From Thermofilaceae archaeon (GTDB taxonomy: Archaea > Thermoproteota > Thermoprotei > Thermofilales > Thermofilaceae): a stretch of 14,085 bases of DNA. The position numbers and the translations under genes were made by a program. The stretch is taken from the NCBI GenBank assembly GCA_038727095.1, contig JAVYWK010000039.1, forward strand, positions 1 to 14,085, in the 5' to 3' direction. This document shows, in pieces, positions 7,374 through 14,085 of the stretch (within the stretch, counting starts at the first letter, position 1; the number at the start of each line of letters is the position of its first letter). Under the pieces are notes generated by a model that saw nothing but the letters and a program-made list of their open reading frames with translations, searched no databases and was not told the origin of the DNA.

Positions 7374-8354
7374 GTGAAGTTCGCCAGGTGCTCGTCTAGA
7401 CCCCAATCAACTGGCACGCGCGTAGCTATCGTGGGCGCGGGCCCCGCAGGCCTAGCTGCGGCTGGGGAGCTGGCGTGCAGGGGTTATGAGGTTCACGTTA
7501 TGGACCGGCTTCCCGAGCCGGGAGGGATGCTGCTCTTCGTGATCCCCGACTTCAGGTTCAGGAAGGACATGGTGCGCTCTGGGATCAAGGAGCTCGAGAG
7601 GCTGGGCGTCGTCTTCGAGAGGAGCGAGATTGACAGTGGTAGGCTGAGAAGGCTGCTCGCGGACTACGACGCTGTCCTGCTCTCGACGGGCGCTTGGAGG
7701 AACGTTAAGCTCGGCGTAAGGGGCGAGGAGCTTCAGGGCGTTTACTACGGGCTCGATTGGATGCACGATTACATGCTTCACAACTTGGGCTACGGCCCAC
7801 CGCCCCCTAGGCCGGGCGAACGCACGATCGTGGTTGGCGCCGGCTTGACGGGCCTTGACGTCTGCGAAACCCTGCACAGGGTCTACGGGTTGAAACCCGT
7901 GCTAGTTTACCGGAGGCCCCTCAAGGTGGCGCCGGCAGCCGTAGCTCTCGCGCGGCTCGCGGAGAAGGGCGTCATCAGCGTCGTTGACTCCTCCCTCCCC
8001 CTTGAAGTCGTCGGAGCGAACAGGGTTGAGGGCTTGAAGATCGTCGGCGTTGAACCGACGCTTGACAGGACAGCCCCGATCAAACCGATACCCGGCTCCG
8101 AGAGAGTAATCGAGGCCGACACGGTGATCGTTGCGGCCGGCATCCAGCCTAGCCCACCCCCCTCGCTGGCGGAGCTGGGCGTAGCCGTGGAGCGGGACGG
8201 TAGAATCCGCGTCGATGAGAGGTTCATGACGAACGTCGAGGGCCTCTTCGCGGCCGGCGACGTGGCGCACGGCGCCAGCAACGTCGCTAAAGCCATGGAG
8301 AGCGGCCGTAGAGCTGCAGCCTCGATCGACGAGTACCTGAGGGCGAAAAGGTAG
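7374..8354 (+). CDS. FAD/NAD(P)H-dependent oxidoreductase, glutamate synthase small subunit (GltD/SudA)-like, lacking the N-terminal Fe-S domain
   Basis: Motifs VAIVGAGPAGL, PGGML..IPDFR, YDAVLLSTGA, VVGAGLTGLD, VYRR and TNVEGLFAAGDVAHG; 326 aa. Confidence 0.88.
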   Translation: MKFARCSSRPQSTGTRVAIVGAGPAGLAAAGELACRGYEVHVMDRLPEPGGMLLFVIPDFRFRKDMVRSGIKELERLGVVFERSEIDSGRLRRLLADYDAVLLSTGAWRNVKLGVRGEELQGVYYGLDWMHDYMLHNLGYGPPPPRPGERTIVVGAGLTGLDVCETLHRVYGLKPVLVYRRPLKVAPAAVALARLAEKGVISVVDSSLPLEVVGANRVEGLKIVGVEPTLDRTAPIKPIPGSERVIEADTVIVAAGIQPSPPPSLAELGVAVERDGRIRVDERFMTNVEGLFAAGDVAHGASNVAKAMESGRRAAASIDEYLRAKR

Positions 8355-8359
8355 CTTTC

Positions 8360-8890
8360 CTAGTAGACGGTCACGCTCCTTATCGCGGGGTGCTGCAGAA
8401 CCCGAGGCACGAAATCGCTGGGCACCTCGTCCTGTATGATGACGAAAAGCCTGGGGTTATCCACGATCAAGGGGTGCTCCGCGATGACCTGCAGGATGTT
8501 GATGTTCTTCTCGGCTAGCAGGCTGGACACGTACGCCAGGATTCCCGGCTGGTCGCGGACCGTCTCGATCACGATGCAACGGTAATTGAGGAGCTTCGTC
8601 ACGCCCCGGAAGAAGGGGCCGGCGTTCTCCAGCTTCTCGAAGAACTCCAACAACCTCGGGTTCTCAACGATCCTGCGAACCGTCTCACGTACCGTCCTCC
8701 AATCCACGCCGCAAGCTCGCGCAACGCTCCTGTACGGTACCGGGATGTCGCCCAAGTAGATGCGCGGCGCCTTCCGCCCCGGCGCTGGCTTCACGCTCAA
8801 GCCGCGCATCAATAGAGTCATTGCGACCCTCAGCTGTGCCTCGTTGTTCTTGAAGTACTGGAGGATTTCTTCGCGAATGGTCACGCTCAA
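8360..8890 (-). CDS. trpY: HTH plus ACT-domain regulator of amino acid metabolism (COG2150; TrpY-like)
   Basis: HTH-like segment IPVPYRSVARACGVDWRTVRETV and ACT motif DQPGILAYVSSLLAEKNINILQ; divergent from trpB2. The start could be TTG 8890 or GTG 8884. The trpY name is inferred from family and context. Confidence 0.7.
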   Translation of the reverse strand: MSVTIREEILQYFKNNEAQLRVAMTLLMRGLSVKPAPGRKAPRIYLGDIPVPYRSVARACGVDWRTVRETVRRIVENPRLLEFFEKLENAGPFFRGVTKLLNYRCIVIETVRDQPGILAYVSSLLAEKNINILQVIAEHPLIVDNPRLFVIIQDEVPSDFVPRVLQHPAIRSVTVY

Positions 8891-8942
8891 AAATCGTCGT
8901 GAAGGTACAAAAGCTTAGCTTCCCGCCAGCTCCTCTGAGCTA

Positions 8943-8973
8943 TGCATATTTTTATACACGAAAAGCCTTTTTT
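8943..8973 (+). promoter_or_regulatory. trpB2 promoter with putative TRP-box pair
   Basis: Imperfect inverted repeat TGCATA-TTTT-TATACA (8943-8958) abuts BRE/TATA-like GAAAAGCCTTTTTT (8960-8973), about 25 bp upstream of GTG 8996. Confidence 0.45.
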
Positions 8974-8995
8974 GTTCCTCAATGACCCCTATGCC

Positions 8996-10378
8996 GTGCC
9001 GAACTACAAATTGGTGATCGGCGAGGAGGAGCTCCCTAAGGCGTGGTACAACATCCTACCTGACTTGCCTGAGCCGCTCCCACCACCCCTGAAGCCCGAT
9101 GGAACGCCCGTAAAGCCCGAGGAGCTGGAGGCCATTTTCCCGAAGGAGATCATCAGGCAGGAGGTCTCGTTGGAGCGGTTCATACCGATCCCCGACGAAG
9201 TGCTCGACGTCTACAGGCTGTGGAGGCCCACGCCGCTCGTGAGAGCTTACAGGCTGGAGCGAGCGCTCAAGACGCCGGCTGAAATCTACTACAAGTACGA
9301 GGGGGTGAGCCCTCCGGGCAGCCACAAGCCAAACACGGCCGTCGCGCAGGCCTACTTCAACCTGAGGGAGGGGGTCGAGCGACTGACGACAGAGACAGGC
9401 GCGGGGCAGTGGGGCTCCGCCCTCGCGTTCGCGACGAACCTGTTCGGCCTGAAGTGCACCATCTACATGGTCCGGGTCAGCTACGAGCAGAAGCCCTACC
9501 GGCGCGTACTGATGCAGCTGTGGGGGGCTGAAGTGGTGCCCAGCCCGAGCCCGCGCACGAGCTTCGGCCGGAAGATCCTCGAGCAGGACCCGAACAACCC
9601 GGGTAGCTTGGGCATCGCGATCAGCGAAGCCATCGAGGACGCTGTGACGCACGAGAGGACGAAGTACTCGCTCGGCAGCGTGCTCAACCACGTGCTGCTC
9701 CACCAGACGATCGTAGGGCTCGAGGCGCTGAGGCAGATGGAGTTGATCGACCGCTTCCCCGACTACGTCGTTGGCTGCATCGGTGGAGGCAGCAACTTCG
9801 CCGGCATCAGCTACCCCTTCTACTACTACAAGAAGATCGGGAAAGCCCCCACTGACACCCGCTTCATCGCTGTTGAGCCCACAGCTGCGCCGTCGACAAC
9901 CAAGGGCGTCTACACCTACGACCACGGCGACACAGCCCGCTTAACGCCGCTACTCAAGATGTACACGCTGGGCCACGATTTCGTCCCACCACCGATCCAC
10001 GCGGGCGGCTTGAGGTACCACGGCAAGGCCCCGACGCTCTGCCTCTTGGTCAAGCACAAGGAGTTCGAGAGCGTCGCTTACAACCAGGTGGAGGTCTTCA
10101 AGGCTGCCGAGATCTTCGCCCGTGCAGAGGGTTTCGTGCCTGCACCGGAGAGCGCGCACGCGGTCAAGGCGGTCATCGACCTGGCGCTCGAGGCGAAGAG
10201 GACCGGGGAGAGGAAGGTGATCCTATTCAACCTAAGCGGGCACGGCCTCCTCGACCTGAAGGCTTACGACGAGTACCTGAGCGGTACGCTGAAACCCTAC
10301 GAGTACCCGAAGGAGGAGGTGGAGAAGAGCATCCAAAAGCTGTACCAGATGTACCCGTGGCTCAAGACGATAAGCTAA
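8996..10378 (+). CDS. trpB2: Tryptophan synthase beta chain type 2 (stand-alone TrpB2, PLP-dependent)
   Basis: Motifs [25 protein letters not shown] (PLP Lys), [44 protein letters not shown] and [13 protein letters not shown] 8996 is preferred over ATG 8942 because the intervening sequence is promoter-like. Confidence 0.96.
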   Translation: MPNYKLVIGEEELPKAWYNILPDLPEPLPPPLKPDGTPVKPEELEAIFPKEIIRQEVSLERFIPIPDEVLDVYRLWRPTPLVRAYRLERALKTPAEIYYKYEGVSPPGSHKPNTAVAQAYFNLREGVERLTTETGAGQWGSALAFATNLFGLKCTIYMVRVSYEQKPYRRVLMQLWGAEVVPSPSPRTSFGRKILEQDPNNPGSLGIAISEAIEDAVTHERTKYSLGSVLNHVLLHQTIVGLEALRQMELIDRFPDYVVGCIGGGSNFAGISYPFYYYKKIGKAPTDTRFIAVEPTAAPSTTKGVYTYDHGDTARLTPLLKMYTLGHDFVPPPIHAGGLRYHGKAPTLCLLVKHKEFESVAYNQVEVFKAAEIFARAEGFVPAPESAHAVKAVIDLALEAKRTGERKVILFNLSGHGLLDLKAYDEYLSGTLKPYEYPKEEVEKSIQKLYQMYPWLKTIS

Positions 10379-10456
10379 AGGAGATATGGAGCGCGCTCAA
10401 ACCTCTTTCTTCTAACCCCAGCATTGCACGGCAGGATCGATTGCAGTTTCTGCCTG

Positions 10457-11596
10457 CTAGACGACCCAGTCCTCCACGCGCTCGTTGTTAAAAACGAACA
10501 CCCTGATCAAGCCGACGAGCAGTATCGTCAGCCAGAGAACCTGGTAAACCAAAAGGTAAATGGGGGTTATGCAGGTGTGGGGTTTCATACCCATTAGCCT
10601 GGCGATGATCGAGTTCGCAACGGCGAACGCGACGATGAAGATCAGGATCGCCAGTGTGGTTGTAGCGTACGCTACGTGGAGCGTGATGGAGAGGGCGGCA
10701 GCCGCAGGCAGTAGGAACCGTGCGAGGGAGGAGAGGGGGAGCAGCAGTGCGTAAGCCAACTTTACGTGGGCGAAATCCCTTAACCCCATCAGCACTGCCG
10801 TTGTTAGGAGAGCTGGCATCGAGAGTAGGAGCCCCGGTAGAATAGCGTGGGGCATCCTCACTAGCACTTTGAGGACGGTCCAGAAGTTCTCCCTCAACCA
10901 TGAGGCGAAAGCAACAGCCCACCTCTTCCTCTGCTTCAGCCAGTGGGTCCAGCTGGACGGCGCGTAGTTGAGCACGTAGGTGCTATCGAGGAAGGAGAAG
11001 CGGCAGCCCTTCAGGTACAACCGCAGCGCGAGGTCGAAGTCCTCAGACAAGCGCGGCCGGAAAGATCCAACGCTCTCCAGCGCCGAGCGTTTCACGGCGA
11101 AGGCTGCTCCGTTGATCGCGATGGTCCTCCTAGCCAGCTTCGCCATCAGCTTGCTAGCGAAGTTGTACGCTGTGTACTCGATATGAACGAGTTTCGCTAG
11201 CAAACCTTCACCAGCAACCCTCTTCTTAATGTCTAGAAGATCGCAGTCCCTCATCGCCTCGTAGACCTTGGAGAAGAAGTGGGGGTCTTCGATGAGCACA
11301 TCGTCGTCCAGGAAGAGCACGGTGTCGCACTTAGCCAGCTTTACAGCCTCGTTGACCGCCGAAACTTTCCCCCTTCTACCCTCCCTCGCTAACAGCTGCA
11401 TTGGCACGCTGCTGCTCAAACTCTTCAAGGCTTGCAATGTTTCAGGATCAGGATCATCGACAACGACGACGATTTCGCCGGGCGGATCGTTGCAGCGGAT
11501 CAAGCTCTCGACGAGCTCTACAAGCCTTTTTCCACCGCGGTACGACGGGATGACCACGCTCACGGGCAAGGCTTCCGCGCGCTCTGATGCCACCAT
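10457..11596 (-). CDS. GT2 family glycosyltransferase, processive type, copy B (paralog of 1657-2799)
   Basis: Same motifs (FLDDD, SED, QRKRW) and the same C-terminus ERVEDWVV, colinear with copy A. ATG 11596 is preferred because TTTTTAT (11621-11627) lies about 25 bp upstream and the length then matches copy A. Confidence 0.92.
   Translation of the reverse strand: MVASERAEALPVSVVIPSYRGGKRLVELVESLIRCNDPPGEIVVVVDDPDPETLQALKSLSSSVPMQLLAREGRRGKVSAVNEAVKLAKCDTVLFLDDDVLIEDPHFFSKVYEAMRDCDLLDIKKRVAGEGLLAKLVHIEYTAYNFASKLMAKLARRTIAINGAAFAVKRSALESVGSFRPRLSEDFDLALRLYLKGCRFSFLDSTYVLNYAPSSWTHWLKQRKRWAVAFASWLRENFWTVLKVLVRMPHAILPGLLLSMPALLTTAVLMGLRDFAHVKLAYALLLPLSSLARFLLPAAAALSITLHVAYATTTLAILIFIVAFAVANSIIARLMGMKPHTCITPIYLLVYQVLWLTILLVGLIRVFVFNNERVEDWVV
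10914..11013. repeat. 100-bp perfect direct repeat, copy 2 (copy 1 at 2114-2213)
   Basis: Base-by-base identity with 2114-2213. Confidence 0.95.
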
Positions 11597-11698
11597 TGCT
11601 CCAACCCCACCCATCGAATCATAAAAACTCATCCACTGTGCCTATCCACCCTCGGGAAGCGTTCATTCGGGGTGAAGCTCCCCTTTTTATTAAGGAAG

Positions 11699-11718
11699 TA
11701 AACTATTAAGGTAGTTTA
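11699..11718. promoter_or_regulatory. Palindromic putative transcription-factor site TAAACTA-N6-TAGTTTA
   Basis: Perfect 7-bp arms immediately upstream of the BRE/TATA of the DUF362 operon. Confidence 0.5.
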
Positions 11719-11725
11719 AATTACA

Positions 11726-11755
11726 CATAATCTTTTTAAAGGATAGCTTTAGGAG
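11726..11755 (+). promoter_or_regulatory. BRE/TATA promoter and possible SD of the DUF362-ferredoxin operon
   Basis: CATAATCTTTTTAAAGG (11726-11742) and AGGAG (11751-11755) upstream of ATG 11763. Confidence 0.65.
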
Positions 11756-11762
11756 CCACAAC

Positions 11763-12722
11763 ATGACCAGCAAAGTCTACTTTGCGAGCGCGCAGTTCAC
11801 TCCTCCGAGTGGTGGTGATTTCCGGCGGGCAAGAGAAGGAAGCCTTCCAGTAAAGTTCAAGAAAGCTCTTGAAGAGTCTCCGTTGAGCCGCATCGTTGAG
11901 AGGGGTAATATCGTCGCCATCAAGATCCACGTCGGCCCCATGGAGGAGGGGGGTTTCCGCTTCATCAGGCCCCTCTTCGTGCGGATCCTCGTCGATTACG
12001 TAAAGCAGCTGGGTGGCATCCCGTTTATAACGGACACGTGGGGGTTAAGGCACGTTTACGCGGGGGTACAGAACGGCTTCGGCTTCGACGTTGTTGGTGC
12101 ACCAATGCTGCCAGCCAACGGTATCAAGGAGAACTTCTTCTACGAGGTTGAGCTGGAGAACCCCTACCACCTGAAGAAGGTTCAGGTGGCAGGGAACATC
12201 TACGACGCTGACGTGCTGATCAACTTCTCCCACGTGAAGGGGCACGCGAGCCCCGGAGTTGGAGGGGCTATCAAGAACCTGGCGATGGGGTGCACCAGCT
12301 ACAGGACGAGAGGTGAAATCCACCAGCTCGAGAGGCTTGATAGCGTCGGGAGGGCTTTTCAGGAGGGCTGCGTTGATGCGGCAAGAGCGGTGCTCAAGAA
12401 TAAGAGGGGTAAAGCGCTCCACATCAACTACGTGATGGACGTCCAGACCATGTGCGACTGCGCGCCGTGGTCGGACATCCCAGTCGTCCCGGACATCGGC
12501 ATCCTGATCTCGGAGGACATCGTGGCCGTCGAGTACGCCTCCCTGAGGATGATCGACGAGGCCCCGAACGTGCCCGGATCCATCGCCGATAAGCTCGGCC
12601 TCAAGCCGGGGGACAACAAGTGGCTGAAGATCCACGGCAAGGACCCCTACGTACAGGTTGAAGCTGCAGAGAAGGCCGGCTTGGGCACCAAGCAGTACGA
12701 AATAATAGAGGTCCTCCCGTAA
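11763..12722 (+). CDS. DUF362 family Fe-S protein (COG2768-like) without the internal ferredoxin insert
   Basis: Motifs SKVYF, VAIKIHVG, FIRP, GGIPFITDT, SHVKGH, GGAIKNLAMGC, CDC and PVVPDIGILISEDIVAVEYAS; 319 aa. Confidence 0.85.
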   Translation: MTSKVYFASAQFTPPSGGDFRRAREGSLPVKFKKALEESPLSRIVERGNIVAIKIHVGPMEEGGFRFIRPLFVRILVDYVKQLGGIPFITDTWGLRHVYAGVQNGFGFDVVGAPMLPANGIKENFFYEVELENPYHLKKVQVAGNIYDADVLINFSHVKGHASPGVGGAIKNLAMGCTSYRTRGEIHQLERLDSVGRAFQEGCVDAARAVLKNKRGKALHINYVMDVQTMCDCAPWSDIPVVPDIGILISEDIVAVEYASLRMIDEAPNVPGSIADKLGLKPGDNKWLKIHGKDPYVQVEAAEKAGLGTKQYEIIEVLP

Positions 12723-12735
12723 GTGCCGACCAGGT

Positions 12736-12954
12736 ATGCCGCGCGTAATCGTTGACCAGGATCGCTGCACCGGTTGCGCAGCCTGCTACAGGGTTTGCCC
12801 AAGCGGAGTGTTCGTGATAAAGAGGGGCAAGTCGTACCCGGTCAATGAGGACAAGTGCGTGATGTGCAGAGCTTGCATCACCCACTGCCCCGTGGGGGCA
12901 ATTACGATATCTCACAGGGAGGAGGAACTATTAAAGCGGCTCTACGGGGGCTGA
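12736..12954 (+). CDS. 2[4Fe-4S] dicluster ferredoxin
   Basis: Two CxxCxxCxxxCP motifs (CTGCAACYRVCP and CVMCRACITHCP); 72 aa, starting 13 bp after the DUF362 stop. Confidence 0.95.
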   Translation: MPRVIVDQDRCTGCAACYRVCPSGVFVIKRGKSYPVNEDKCVMCRACITHCPVGAITISHREEELLKRLYGG

Positions 12955-12969
12955 ACCTCGAAGCCTAAA

Positions 12970-12988
12970 CTTTTTCCGCGCTCTTTTC
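12970..12988 (+). terminator. Putative oligo-T terminator of the DUF362-ferredoxin operon
   Basis: CTTTTT...CTCTTTTC pyrimidine tracts between convergent genes. Confidence 0.4.
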
Positions 12989-12992
12989 ACCC

Positions 12993-14084
12993 TCAGCTCA
13001 CTATATCATCGACCGTTACCAACGAGAAGTTGTGAGGAAGCCCCAGCGCCTCGTAGACTCTCTTAGTGAACTCGAAGATCTCCTCCGCCTCATCCCTCCT
13101 CAAGGGGCGCAGGTGGGGGTCCAACGGGTTCTCAACAGCTAGAGGGCGGGGAGCCACCATCGCCGCGACCTGCGGTACATCGGCGTACTTGAGCAGGTCG
13201 GGTGGGAAGAGCGAGGGTGGGAGGCTGAAGCCGCTCGCCGACGAGAGAGTTGAGGGTACCGAGAGGGCGCGCACGCTTCTCACGCGCTCGTCCAGGGCGG
13301 CGGCGAAGAGCGCCGGTAAGCCGGCCTCCCGCTCTCCGAACAGGTGCACCTCGTTGAAGCCGCGGGCCCTGTACAGGTAGTCCACGGCCCTCAGGACGTC
13401 GAAGACCCTCGCCCCGAGGATTTGCCGTCCGACCACGATCGAGTTCTTCGTCGCCACCTCCTCGCTCGAGGCCGTCTCACCAGTCCCGCGGTAGTTGATA
13501 ACCATCACCGCGCCACCCCTCTCCGGCCAATCCCACACCTGCCCGTTGGACAGGCATGACTGCGCGCTCGAGGTTTTAACGTAGAGGAGGCAGCTCTCCT
13601 CCGCCCCCTCGCTCCCCACCAGCGCTGCGGGTACCACGATGTCCAACTCGGTTCTCAGCCCGAGCTTCTCCACCTCAACTCCACCGACCCTTTCAACGCC
13701 CAGCTCCTCGATCCTCGCGGGCTCCTCCGGGAAGCCTCCGAACACCTCCTCAACCAGCCTCGCCCTCAGCTCGGGAACCGCTTGAAGCCACTCCTCCACG
13801 CTCACGCGGCGGGCCTCGGCGAGCTTCGCAGCCCTCCTCGCGTAGAGGGACGCGATGCTCTCGCCCTCAGGCTGGGGGAGGCAGGCGAGGTAGGGGGAGG
13901 TGTCGGGCTCGAGTTGCAGGTCGCTCTCGTCCAGCTGCTCCTCCCGCCCCTTCAGCCAGAGCGTGAGCCAGCGGTAGGCTGCGAGCCGCATCTCCCGCGT
14001 GTAGCCGTGGCCCGCGTACACCTCCACGTAGGCCAGCTTGTCGAGCGCGCTCAGCATCTCGTAGATTCTGCGGACCCTTAGGTA
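12993..14084 (-). CDS. Tandem alpha/beta hydrolase (acetylxylan esterase-like); 5' end lies outside the window
   Basis: The frame stays open past ATG 14057 to the window edge (YLRVRRIYEMLS...). The end of one hydrolase domain (GHGYTREMRLAAYRWL) is followed by a second domain with INYRGTGE, GARVFDVLRAVDYL, ALFAAALDERV and AAMVAPRPL. Confidence 0.75.
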   Translation of the reverse strand, partial: YLRVRRIYEMLSALDKLAYVEVYAGHGYTREMRLAAYRWLTLWLKGREEQLDESDLQLEPDTSPYLACLPQPEGESIASLYARRAAKLAEARRVSVEEWLQAVPELRARLVEEVFGGFPEEPARIEELGVERVGGVEVEKLGLRTELDIVVPAALVGSEGAEESCLLYVKTSSAQSCLSNGQVWDWPERGGAVMVINYRGTGETASSEEVATKNSIVVGRQILGARVFDVLRAVDYLYRARGFNEVHLFGEREAGLPALFAAALDERVRSVRALSVPSTLSSASGFSLPPSLFPPDLLKYADVPQVAAMVAPRPLAVENPLDPHLRPLRRDEAEEIFEFTKRVYEALGLPHNFSLVTVDDIVS

Positions 14085-14085
14085 C

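Noticed and set aside
8942-8995. ATG 8942 as the trpB2 start
   Set aside because: The stretch is AT-rich and contains the promoter elements; TrpB2-like sequence begins near GTG 8996.
2114-11013. GT2 repeats as a DGR template/variable pair or as mobile-element ends
   Set aside because: There is no adenine-specific mismatch pattern and no reverse transcriptase, integrase or transposase in the window; both copies lie in intact paralogous genes.
11597-11632. ATG 11632 as the start of GT2 copy B
   Set aside because: It would include the TATA box at 11621-11627; ATG 11596 matches the length of the paralog.
9056-12770. Long antisense ORFs (9056-9925, 12045-12770; likewise 1978-2628 and others)
   Set aside because: Shadow frames of well-supported genes with no recognisable domains.
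1-14085. Window starts with GTACC and ends with GGTAC, resembling a KpnI/Acc65I fragment or terminal repeat
   Set aside because: Several internal GGTACC sites exist (for example near 156 and 13255) and both ends fall inside genes, so it is probably coincidence.

Overview
GC-rich, densely coding archaeal DNA. Short A/T TATA boxes lie about 25 bp before GTG/ATG starts, AGG Arg codons are frequent and trpB2 stands alone, which suggests a thermophilic Thermoproteota member such as Thermofilaceae (inference). In order the window holds: a membrane-anchored clan GH-A glycoside hydrolase with a CBM4-like insert (GH148-like, runs off the left edge, absent from the ORF track); processive GT2 copy A; a macrodomain plus class II glutamine amidotransferase pair; a rhomboid-ectodomain fusion plus MFS transporter; an orphan; a GltD-like flavoprotein; a TrpY-like ACT regulator divergent from trpB2; GT2 copy B; a DUF362 Fe-S protein plus a free ferredoxin; and a 5'-truncated tandem alpha/beta hydrolase. 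The most notable signals are two diverged GT2 paralogs exactly 8,800 bp apart that share a perfect 100-bp tract over the QxxRW motif, a GT2 plus anchored-glucanase pair that may be an archaeal polysaccharide synthesis module, a TrpY-trpB2 divergon with TRP-box-like sites, and a split DUF362/ferredoxin. I found no RNA genes, CRISPR arrays or mobile elements.
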